Below are positions 17,507-26,041 of a stretch of DNA of 26,041 nucleotides, piece after piece (the stretch's first letter is position 1; the number at the start of each line of letters is the position of its first letter). The DNA comes from Thermodesulfobacteriota bacterium. Its GTDB lineage: Bacteria > Desulfobacterota > Desulfobulbia > Desulfobulbales > SURF-16. The notes beneath the pieces are model-generated. The model searched no databases. It was not told where the DNA came from and saw only the letters and a program-made list of their open reading frames with translations. The stretch lies in NCBI GenBank assembly GCA_039715015.1, contig JBDLIE010000035.1:1-26041 (forward strand). Direction: 5' to 3'. The translations under genes and the position numbers were made by a program.

Positions 17507-19036
17507 ATGCAGGATCGCATCACAGCCATTCTTCTCCATATTTCATCATTACCCGGTTCATATGGTACAGGCGACATAGGCTCGGGTTTTTCCTTTGTTG
17601 ACTTTCTTGTCAAGGCTGGGGTTCGTTGCTGGCAGTTTCTGCCAACCTGTCCAACCTCAGGGGCTTTTGGTTACTCGCCTTATATGGGCTTTTCAGCCTG
17701 TGCTGGTAATCCTCTGTTTGTGAGCCTGAATATGATGGCTTCCTCTGGATTTTTGGAGGAGAGCGATCTGGGGCCCTTGCAGTCATCATCTGAGTACACT
17801 GCGGATTTTTCTTATGCAGATGCCGTACGCCAACCTTTGTTTACTAAGGCCTTTCGGCGTCTTAATGGTGATCAACGAAAGCAATTTCTCGATTTCTGCA
17901 CTGTTGAGCAGGATTGGCTTGATGAGTATGCCGTTTTTATGGTCCTAAAGGAGAAATTTGCTCAGAGTGCCTGGAATAATTGGCCTAAGGCTATTGCCAG
18001 GCGTGATGCGAAGGAGTTGGCTCTCTTTACCGAGAAAAATGAGGAGGCCATTGAGTTTCAAAAATTCTGCCAGTTTCTCTTTTTTGACCAATGGCAGCAG
18101 TTGCGAAGCTATGCTCGGCAAAAAGGAGTTCTTCTCTTTGGAGACATGCCCATTTATGTAAGCCATGACTCCAGTGATGTCTGGGCTAACCAGAGTTGTT
18201 TTGATCTAGATGCAACCAGCGGTGAGCCGAAGAATGTGGCTGGAGTACCACCTGATTATTTCAGCGCCACTGGCCAGCGCTGGGGAAACCCTTTATATCT
18301 TTGGCAAAAGGCGACAAAAGCAAATTCGCCGCTGTATCGCTGGTGGCGTCAACGATTTCATGTTCTCTCCGGCATGCTTGATATGGTTCGCATTGATCAT
18401 TTCCGGGGCTTTGAGTCCTACTGGGAAATTTCTGCTGCCGAGAAAACCGCCATCAATGGTACGTGGCAGAAAGGACCAGGGCAGGGATTTTTCAAAAAGA
18501 TGGGAGATGTGTTAACGGATCTTGAAATTGTCGCTGAGGATCTAGGCATCATTACTCCTGCTGTGGAAGAACTGCGGGACGAGCTCGGTTTTCCGGGCAT
18601 GAAAATCTTGCAGTTTGCCTTTGACTCAGATGCCGATAATACTTACTTGCCCCATAATCTCAATGATCCGAACTGTCTCATTTATACCGGTACCCATGAC
18701 AATGATACGGCTGTGGGCTGGTATTTTGATCCTGAGGTTGCACAACGGTCAAAAGACCGGTTGCGGCGTTATGCAAATTGCGATGGCCAGAGCATCCATC
18801 TAGACTTCATTCGTTTGGCGCTTGCCTCCACTGCCCGCATGGCAGTGCTACCTATGCAGGATGTTCTGGGTTTTGGTACAGATTGCCGGATGAACAGGCC
18901 TGCCTCCGTTGAAAAAAATTGGTTATGGCGTTGTGCTCCAAGCTATTTCAACGATGATGTGGCCAGCTTTTTACGCCAGGAAAACGAATTTTATGGCCGT
19001 CGTTTTTTTGCAAAAAGTGAGGGGGAAGATACTTGA
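17507..19036 (+). CDS. malQ: 4-alpha-glucanotransferase (amylomaltase, GH77)
   Basis: LLHISSLPG, GDMPIYV, AGVPPDYFSATGQRWGNPLY, RIDHFRG, AEDLG, YTGTHDNDT; GAGGT RBS before ATG 17507. Confidence 0.96.
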   Translation: MQDRITAILLHISSLPGSYGTGDIGSGFSFVDFLVKAGVRCWQFLPTCPTSGAFGYSPYMGFSACAGNPLFVSLNMMASSGFLEESDLGPLQSSSEYTADFSYADAVRQPLFTKAFRRLNGDQRKQFLDFCTVEQDWLDEYAVFMVLKEKFAQSAWNNWPKAIARRDAKELALFTEKNEEAIEFQKFCQFLFFDQWQQLRSYARQKGVLLFGDMPIYVSHDSSDVWANQSCFDLDATSGEPKNVAGVPPDYFSATGQRWGNPLYLWQKATKANSPLYRWWRQRFHVLSGMLDMVRIDHFRGFESYWEISAAEKTAINGTWQKGPGQGFFKKMGDVLTDLEIVAEDLGIITPAVEELRDELGFPGMKILQFAFDSDADNTYLPHNLNDPNCLIYTGTHDNDTAVGWYFDPEVAQRSKDRLRRYANCDGQSIHLDFIRLALASTARMAVLPMQDVLGFGTDCRMNRPASVEKNWLWRCAPSYFNDDVASFLRQENEFYGRRFFAKSEGEDT

Positions 19037-19061
19037 CAAAGCAGGGACAGCAGAGTAATTA
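19033..19061 (+). promoter_or_regulatory. Probable tRNA promoter
   Basis: Perfect TTGACA (19033-19038) overlapping the malQ stop codon; the -10 region (AGTAATTA) is only a weak match. Confidence 0.4.
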
Positions 19062-19077
19062 GAACCCCTCATATCAT

Positions 19078-19152
19078 GGCCCCTTCGTCTAGCGGTCAGG
19101 ACACCGGCCTCTCACGCCGGGAACAGGGGTTCGATTCCCCTAGGGGTCACCA
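19078..19152 (+). tRNA. tRNA-Glu (anticodon CTC)
   Basis: Acceptor stem GGCCCCT/AGGGGTC, anticodon arm CCGGC-CTCTCAC-GCCGG, T arm AGGGG-TTCGATT-CCCCT, encoded CCA end. Confidence 0.97.
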
Positions 19153-19162
19153 TGAATATAAC

Positions 19163-19202
19163 AACGGGAAATCAAGCTTTTAAGTTTGGTTTCCCGTTTT
19201 TA
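19163..19202 (+). terminator. Terminator hairpin after the tRNA
   Basis: AACGGGAAATCAAGCTT-tt-AAGTTTGGTTTCCCGTT followed by a T tract (two G-T pairs). Confidence 0.75.
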
Positions 19203-19403
19203 TTTGGTGGGTTTGAGGGTGATAATTTACCATAAATTCTTGGTAAATTATGGGTAATTTGTCAAAGAAGGTTTTGTCTTCATCGGGGGCGCAAATATAA
19301 AATTCCTTCCTGGAACAACCAGGAACGGAAAGCGGCTTGCCTCCGGGAAGAGAGGCCTCTTGTCACTTATGTGCTGGCCAACCTTCCACATCATTGCAGC
19401 TAT

Positions 19404-19964
19404 GCTCCAGCCGAGGATCTCAAGTATCCTTTCGGCATATCGCACTATGCCCGCGGATTTGCCTATGTCCGCAAAGGTGATGTTGCTAGATCAGAAGCTG
19501 AGCTTGCACAGCTAAGAGTCCTAGCCGACGATCCCGATGGGGCGAACGTGAAGATTTGGGGAGAGGAACAACGGTTCGGCCCTGCTGAGCATCGCTGTGG
19601 AAGTAATGTGGAAGTAATAGCGGGAGAGATCGCTGTCGCCCCAAAAGACATCGATGCGGCGTACGCTCACTTCAAGAGAGGCGTTGATCCACAGGACAAC
19701 CTGCTTTTCGATGAGCCACAGAGCTGGGACTATCCGGTTCGTCAGTCTTTGGGAGCGCTGTTGCTCGATTTCAACCGAATCGAAGAGGCTGAGGCTCTCT
19801 TCCGTAAGGATCTGCTGAAGAACGCTGATAATCCTTGATCCCTTTATGGCTTGGCCCTGTGTCTGAAGACTAAAGGGGCATCCGCCTTGGCTATCGACAC
19901 AGAGAAAAGCTTCCGCCGTGTCTGGGCCTGCGCCGACCTAAAGCAGGATCGTCCGGTATTCTAA
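19404..19964 (+). pseudogene. 3' fragment of a TPR-protein paralog
   Basis: Aligns to the C-terminal part of the gene at 22945-23493 (40/45 identical aa over LLFDEP...NP). 5' part missing, +1 frameshift near 19560, 11-bp tandem duplication at 19596-19617, Trp->TGA at 19836-19838; homology continues to RPVF-TAA (19964). Confidence 0.88.
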
Positions 19965-20130
19965 TTTTTTAGGATTATTCCAACCTCATTGACGAGTAGA
20001 CATGACCATGTGAGGCAGTTCAAGCGTGGCCTGGCCATGAGAGTCCGTCCGAGAATGACCTTTTCCCATTTATCCCCTGGGTGTTCCACATCTTTCTCAC
20101 CAGCGATAAGGAGCGGGTCGATGGTAAGAA

Positions 20131-21432
20131 TCAGTTCCTGTCTCCAATTGGGGCTGCAAAAGCATCTCTAACTAAGGTTTCGACATTATCACCTGTCAAC
20201 GATTCCAAAAAGGCAACAATGTCATTCATTTCCATGTTAGTCAGCCCTAACGGAGTTATTATTTTGTCCAGCTGTGGATTGGCGAATCCCCCCTGATTAT
20301 AAAACGTGACTACGTCTAAGAGAGTGCCGAACTTGCCGTTATGCATGTATGGGCCGGTCAGCGCCACATTACGAAGGGTAGGGGTTTTATAGCTCCAGCG
20401 GTGGGCGGGGTTCAAGGTTACCTCGTAACGTCCGATATCTCGTGGCCGGGGTTCACCAACGCTATCGATTAGCTTAGTTGGCACCCGCAGCATTACTCCT
20501 GGAGCCAGCTGCACTGGATAGTCAGCCGGTTCATCCCCCATTGACGCATGCCAGCCTACTCCGGTGTTATGGAAGGAATCATCAGTGAAGAGTGCATACG
20601 TTTCATCAATCGTGTGGCAGATTGAGCAGCTCCCCTTCCCCGTAAAGAGCTTAAAACCTCTCTTTGCTGATTCGTCGAGTGCTTTTTTGTCTCCACCATA
20701 ATACCAACGATCGAAAGATGAATTTCCTGAGACCAAGGTGCGCTCATAGGCCGCAATAGCCATGCCTATTGTCTCTATCCCAAGTCCACGTCCGTCGAAA
20801 GCATCTTCAAACAGACCCTTATAGCCTGAAAGGTTGCGGATTTTTTCGATGATCCAGCCTATGCTCGGGTTTGCCATCTCGTTCGATGCCAGCATAGGTC
20901 CCCAGATCTGAAGCTCCAGACGATTCTCTCTGCCGTCATGAAAAATATTGGAGAAATAGGCGACGTTGTAGATTGTTGGTGAATTGCGTCTGACAGTGCG
21001 CCCCTCGATACCGACTGCAGTTTTAAGTTCGTTATTGGTGAAACCCTGCTCCGGCACATGGCACATGCCACAAGACATGGTGCCGTTCAGCGACAGTCTC
21101 CGGTCAAAAAACAACTTGCGCCCGAGCTGCACTTTTTTAAAGGTCATGGGATTGTCGGCTGGAACCGGGACGGGCGGCAACCCAAGGGGCGGTGACTGCA
21201 GCACCCTCAACAGGTCTGCCGGTTCACCCTTTCGCCGCAACAGGCTAATGGAACGGGTCTCATATTCAGTTGATTCGTAGCCCTCCCTCATGTCCCCTGG
21301 GCCATACTCCACTTCCGAGCCAAACACATGACAGGAAGACGAACATATAAGTCCTGCGAGGAGGGCGATTATAACGCTCCGGACGATATGACCTCGGAGT
21401 GCTGATTTACTTGCTTTTAGTAATGGGATCAT
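20131..21432 (-). CDS. mauG: MauG-family diheme cytochrome c peroxidase-like protein
   Basis: LGRKLFFDRRLS, CGMCH, RNSPT, FHDGR, CSICH, KTPTLRNVALTGPYMHNG; signal-like N-terminus; overlaps the 3' end of the SBP56 gene. Exact start uncertain. Confidence 0.85.
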   Translation of the reverse strand: MIPLLKASKSALRGHIVRSVIIALLAGLICSSSCHVFGSEVEYGPGDMREGYESTEYETRSISLLRRKGEPADLLRVLQSPPLGLPPVPVPADNPMTFKKVQLGRKLFFDRRLSLNGTMSCGMCHVPEQGFTNNELKTAVGIEGRTVRRNSPTIYNVAYFSNIFHDGRENRLELQIWGPMLASNEMANPSIGWIIEKIRNLSGYKGLFEDAFDGRGLGIETIGMAIAAYERTLVSGNSSFDRWYYGGDKKALDESAKRGFKLFTGKGSCSICHTIDETYALFTDDSFHNTGVGWHASMGDEPADYPVQLAPGVMLRVPTKLIDSVGEPRPRDIGRYEVTLNPAHRWSYKTPTLRNVALTGPYMHNGKFGTLLDVVTFYNQGGFANPQLDKIITPLGLTNMEMNDIVAFLESLTGDNVETLVRDAFAAPIGDRN

Positions 21433-22753
21433 TGTTCTTATAAAGGGAATAGGCACCAAACTTCATTAGATGCGCTCGCCCTAGCTTCTGCTTAATGAAA
21501 TCAATTTTAAAACGCTCTTTAAGCTCTTTCCCATCCCATTCGTAGCCTTTCAGAAACTGTTCATTCTCATCACCCTTCTTGTCCCAGTTGGAAAGAAGTG
21601 AGCTGGTAAAATACAAGCGTTTACCGTCCCAACTGGATGAGACCATGTTTACCTGGGAGCCGATCTTTTTTTCGTAAACTTGGACAGGGTGGAAGGGGTC
21701 TGTAACATCAAAGGCACGCACCTTCCCATCCATAAAGGTATCTATCCAGAGTAATTTGTCATCGGAAGAAATGGAAAAAGCCACCGGCAAAGGAACTTGG
21801 GCGGGGTCACCGATATCTGCAACTTCAGAGGCCTTCCACTCATCCTTATCGTTACGGTGAATAAGCCAGATTTTCGAGGTAAGAGCCGTGGTCGTAAAAC
21901 AGTAATCATGCTCAGGCTGCAAAGCCCAACGTATTTCGAGTGGTGCTCCAGGAACGTCAAAAATTTTTAAAGGCTTGCGATTGCTCATACGCCACACGAT
22001 GACCGTATTGCCGAACCTTTTCATTGCTTGTTCATCTTTGAACATCTTGCCAAAGTCCATCATATAATTGGACCAGCCAGTAAAAGACGAGGTAATCATG
22101 ACATCCAGTCTCGGCATAAAGCGCAAATCATAACTGTATCCATCTGCATACTTTCCTGTCTTTTCGGCGCCCTGGAGATTATCATCAGTCGGCATCCAAT
22201 AGGTGGTAACGTATTCTCCTTCGGCTGTGTACTCGACAAGGGCCGAGCGGCCACCATGGTCGCGGTTGTTTGAAAGGCCGGTAATGAGCATACGATCCTG
22301 CCGGGGCATGACGGTATGGGGCCCCACTACGCCACCGCTTTTTGCCACGAAATCATGAATGGTTTTGACCAGCCGCGGTTTGGCAGGGTCAGTGTGTATG
22401 TCAAAGATAAAGATCTTGCTGGTGTCAAGCGTGGCACCCCAAAGATAATGCCGATCATGACTAAAGCCTGAGTGATGTGCCTCATTACGCCCTCCAACCG
22501 ATACGGAATGTATGACTTTACCAAAGTCTGCCGATTTAGGGTTTACATCAACTGTAACCAGTTTATCCTGCTCGTCGCCGACACCTTCCATGCCGAGAGT
22601 CCAAATATAGATGAAATCCTCCTGCCCGGTGATCTTGATCATATCAGGTGGCATATTGGTCTCGTCAGCCTGTCCAGAAATAGGTAGTAGGACGAAAATC
22701 GTCATGCTAATGGCTACTAGAATTGTATTAAGTAATTTTCTTGTTGTAGTCAT
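21407..22753 (-). CDS. mtoX: Methanethiol oxidase-like protein (SBP56/SELENBP1 family), exported
   Basis: Signal peptide then DET...ITGQEDFIYIWTLG, EAHH, GPHT, TSSFTGWSNYMMDFGKM, VPGAPLEIRW, TSSLLSNWDKKG, LGRAH; strong AAGGAGG RBS; next to mauG. Confidence 0.88.
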   Translation of the reverse strand: MTTTRKLLNTILVAISMTIFVLLPISGQADETNMPPDMIKITGQEDFIYIWTLGMEGVGDEQDKLVTVDVNPKSADFGKVIHSVSVGGRNEAHHSGFSHDRHYLWGATLDTSKIFIFDIHTDPAKPRLVKTIHDFVAKSGGVVGPHTVMPRQDRMLITGLSNNRDHGGRSALVEYTAEGEYVTTYWMPTDDNLQGAEKTGKYADGYSYDLRFMPRLDVMITSSFTGWSNYMMDFGKMFKDEQAMKRFGNTVIVWRMSNRKPLKIFDVPGAPLEIRWALQPEHDYCFTTTALTSKIWLIHRNDKDEWKASEVADIGDPAQVPLPVAFSISSDDKLLWIDTFMDGKVRAFDVTDPFHPVQVYEKKIGSQVNMVSSSWDGKRLYFTSSLLSNWDKKGDENEQFLKGYEWDGKELKERFKIDFIKQKLGRAHLMKFGAYSLYKNNDPITKSK

Positions 22754-22944
22754 TGGCCTACCTCCTTTTTGCAGATATAATCAGACAGATTAAGATTTAT
22801 ATGTTTTTGGGGCATATCTCGATCTCAATAGATCCACATAACAAGCTGAAGGATTACTCCTAAAATGAAATAAAAGAGCCAGATTACCACCTATTATTAG
22901 GCTACCTTGGTATTTCATTGAAATCCGTGGCTTTCCGATAAGAA

Positions 22945-24646
22945 TCAGAACACCGGACGAGACATCTCCAAATCGGCACGAGTCCAGGCGCGGCGAAAGC
23001 GTTTCTCCGTGTCGGTGGCCAAAACAGTTGCCCCTCTGATCTTCAGACACTTTGCCAAGCCATAGAGGGACCATGGATTCTCAGCATTTTTCAGCAGGTC
23101 CTTGCGAAAAACGGCCTCAGCCTCTTCGATTCGGTTGAGATCGAGCAACAGCGCTCCCAAAGACTGACGAACTGGATAGTACCAGCTTGGTGGCTCATCG
23201 AAGAGAAGCCCCTCCTGAAGAACTACACCTTGCTTCAAGTGCGCGATCGCTGCCTCGGCATCTCCTTTAGCGGTTGCGATTTCCGCCGCCAGGACTTCTA
23301 CAGCGATGCTCAGCAATGCCGAACCGCTATTCAGTTCCCAAATCTTGACAGCCTTTACAGCGGGATCTGCCGCCAAATCTTTCAGTTTTCCAAGCTCCAT
23401 TTCTGCTTTAACAATATTTCCCTTGCGGACATAGGCAAAGCCTCTGGCATAGTGCCACATCCCCAATGGGTACTTGAGATCCGCGGCTGGGGCAGGTTCG
23501 GCAAGGACTTTGTCCCATTTTCCAAAACGCACCAAAGCGTAGTAAGGTGCCAGATAGTATAGCTGCAGGGCGCCCATTCCAGGTTGGCGCATCGTATCCG
23601 GATCAATCCCCGCAGCCAAGGACCTAGCCGCAGCAAAGCTTTCCTGAGAGCGCCCTTCCATCATGTAGCTAGCCAGCAGAAAGTGAAAGTTGTGAGGCAT
23701 ATAACCCACTTGGTAGAGACCGCTGCTGTTGAAGGAGGCACGCAAATTTTTGTCCACTCCTATCGCCTCTTCATTAACGGTGCTGCAATCATGGTAGAGT
23801 CCAGCTGCGTAATAGCCATGGCCTGCCATGTGGACCAGATGCCCAAGAGGCCGGAGCAAGCCTTCGGATAATATCAGCGCTTTTAATCGTGGCTTCCGGC
23901 TTGGGAGAATTTTCCAGGAGGTGGATATAAAGGTGGTGTCCGTGCGGGTGATTAGGGTGATTTGTCACAACTTTTTCCAGAATTGATTCGATCTCAGGCT
24001 CCCAGGGTTGCTCCTGCCCCTTGTCGGTCCAGTAATTCCAGGGATGGAGATCCATAAGCGATTCCGCAAAGATAACAGCTACGTTTGGATCATTGGGGTA
24101 GCGCTGGTAAACTTTTCTCATTTTATCAGCGAAGGCCTTATCGAGTGAGGAACGGTCGGGCATCGGGGAAGGTGAATAGCGGACTGCCAGAGCTTCAATC
24201 AGCGCCCGTTCTTTCTTCGTTACTTTTCCGGCAAGTGCTAACGATTTTTGAACCAAAGCATAGGCCCGTGGCACATCGGCGTCGTTCATTGTGGCATTGA
24301 TGTTCGGCCCAAGGACGAAAGCAACTCCCCAGTAAGCCATGGCGCATTCGGGATCATGTCTGGCGGCCTCCATAAAGGAGATTTCCGCATCAGCATGATC
24401 AAATCCGTAGGTAAGAACCAGAGCCTGGTTGAAAAAAGCTTGTGCTTTTTTACTGTCGGTTGTGATGGGATAGTCCAAGGAAAAGAGCCCTTCGAGTAGG
24501 GGCACTTCATTTGAGGTTAGGGAAGATGGTCCATGTAGCCCTTCTATCGACCAGGCCGTTTGTGAGGAGTAGATAGTAAAAAAAACTACATTAAAAAGGG
24601 CGCAAACAGTCAGCGCAACGGGGTTTCTTAATAACGATTTTTTCAT
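22945..24646 (-). pseudogene. Exported His-rich TPR-repeat protein, split by a single +1 frameshift
   Basis: The two ORFs join as ...IRRLAPAS|GHLVHMAGH... if one T of TCT-T-GGG (23845-23846) is removed, giving 566 aa from ATG 24646. Motifs DPECAMAYWGVA, HPWNYW, HLYIHLLE, HNFHF, DEPPSWYYPVRQSLG. Confidence 0.8.
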
Positions 24647-25133
24647 TTGGACACCTTCTACTGTGATATGTAAATAACTGATCCCTATGCCAAATTTATA
24701 CTCGGATAACATTCATCCATGATGGATAGCCGGATACAGAATAACAACACATGATCCAAATTCCAGCTGAACTTGTCCGCCGGAATATATGCCCCTCTCC
24801 TTCGCGATTATTGCAAAAAATACGCCAGTTGCGTGGTTATACTGTTCTAACCAGCAAGCAGTGGTGCTCCATGTATCCGTGGCCATAGTAAAGCAATGCG
24901 AAAAGGGAGAGAGGTATTCGGAATTATGGAATTACAGCGAAAATCGCATATCAAAAATACGCTTTTCCGGATTTTTCACAAATGCGTTTTGCAATTAGTT
25001 TTCATGGCAAACGAAGTAGACAGGCTACCTGCATAACCGGATATCACTCAAAATAGGGAGCTAGCCGGAAAATCGATAACATTCCGCCATTCATTTTTCG
25101 ACCACCTAAACCACCAACCGAACCACCAAAAAT

Positions 25134-26041
25134 GTGGTTCTCAACCCAATACGGGAGGTTTTCGGATGGACGAGAAAAATAAACACACTTCAACCCCCAA
25201 AACCGGCACATTATTCCAGTGCGGAAAACGCATGGAATAATGTGGCGTGTGGTCGAAATTGTTTAGTTGCGAACGGGAGTGAGCAGGTGGACAATTTCGA
25301 TGTGCGTAAGCACAAACACGCCACAAGCAATCTACAATCAAAAAACCAAAGGGATCTAAAAAAAAATTTACACGAAGCCTATGGTTATATCCGAGAAGTC
25401 AGAGAGCATTTAAAATACTGGCAGCAACCTACTGAGGAGACAACGCGTCAATATTCATTGGCTTTGAAGAGATTGATCAAAAGCGGTCTCTGGCCAGAGC
25501 AATACGCACAAACAAAACGCGGCTTCTATTTTTACAGGGCCGCAGTCGTCAACATGTCCCTGCATTAACTATAGCAACGAATTGTACAGATCAACAAGTT
25601 ACAAAGGAAAAAGGATCTCAGTTGGATCGATATTGCCTTTGACTTAAAAGACTTTCTTAGAAAAGTAAGAATCTATCCTCCTGACCAGAAGCAAAGCCAT
25701 CTTACAAAAAACATTAGCAGTCTGTGGACGTCCGATGGAAAAAATCCTCGTTCAACAGCCAAACGTAAAGGATTGGGTACCTTGCCTAAAAACTGGAGGC
25801 GAATTTTCTGGGATAACATTCCAGAAAATTCGCCTCACCGGTTGTCAATTGCCCTTCTTTCGATAACTGGTTGTCGTCCCAGTGAACTGAAAAATTGGGT
25901 CATAATAGAACTCACAGACAAAACCAAACTCAAGATTTCCATCTTTGGCTCCAAAACTCGAAAAGGCAAATATGGACAACAAATTCGGGTTTAGACCATT
26001 GATCCACAAACCGAAGAAGCTCGTTATATCCTTCGATGATT
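25134..26041 (+). pseudogene. Tyrosine recombinase/integrase pseudogene, truncated by the window end
   Basis: ORFs 25134-25568 and 25773-25994 are in the same frame, separated by stops TAA 25566 and TAG 25572; further stops TAG 25992 and TGA 26037. Catalytic box I motif ITGCRPSEL, then a candidate catalytic Lys (GSKT). True start uncertain. Confidence 0.75.

Larger units (their letters stand above)
19153..26041. mobile_element. Probable tRNA-anchored genomic island, decaying; right end outside the window
   Basis: Abrupt switch from housekeeping to accessory genes at the tRNA 3' end, three pseudogenes, a tyrosine recombinase remnant and an AT-richer distal part. No att duplication is visible in the window. 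Confidence 0.55.

Noticed and set aside
19836..19838. In-frame TGA near a selenium-binding-family gene, considered as selenocysteine
   Set aside because: It aligns to Trp (TGG) in the paralog, not Cys, and lies in a 5'-truncated, frameshifted fragment.
19965..20130. Short ORFs between the TPR fragment and mauG as a SCO remnant
   Set aside because: No CxxxC motif or other recognisable similarity in the frames I read.
21325..21345. CSSSCH in the MauG N-terminus as a third heme site
   Set aside because: It is CxxxCH rather than CxxCH and lies at the end of the predicted signal peptide.
25566..26039. In-frame stops in the integrase as an alternative genetic code or read-through
   Set aside because: All three stop types (TAA, TAG, TGA) occur, which fits decay rather than a codon reassignment.
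19153..26041. CRISPR array or att direct repeat of the tRNA 3' end
   Set aside because: No regularly spaced repeats and no second copy of the tRNA 3' sequence were seen in the window.

Overview
Bacterial chromosomal window, probably from a Desulfobacterota (deltaproteobacterial) host. That placement is inferred from gene content and style, not confirmed by a search. Positions 1-19150 look like core genome: mog, an EF-G-like GTPase that lacks domain IV, murJ, rsmE, waaA, lpxK, lpxC (with a sigma54 promoter, IHF site and enhancer-like repeats), a DUF948/YtxH pair, a sigma54 response regulator, a PHP-domain protein, pilT, comEC, an RpoD-like sigma factor, malQ and tRNA-Glu(CTC). Directly after the tRNA is an accessory, partly decayed island. 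It carries an intact methanethiol-oxidase-like SBP56 gene (mtoX) coupled to a MauG-like diheme cytochrome, with no SCO/SenC gene. This pair is bracketed by two inverted, damaged paralogs of a His-rich exported TPR protein and followed by a tyrosine-recombinase pseudogene that runs off the window end.
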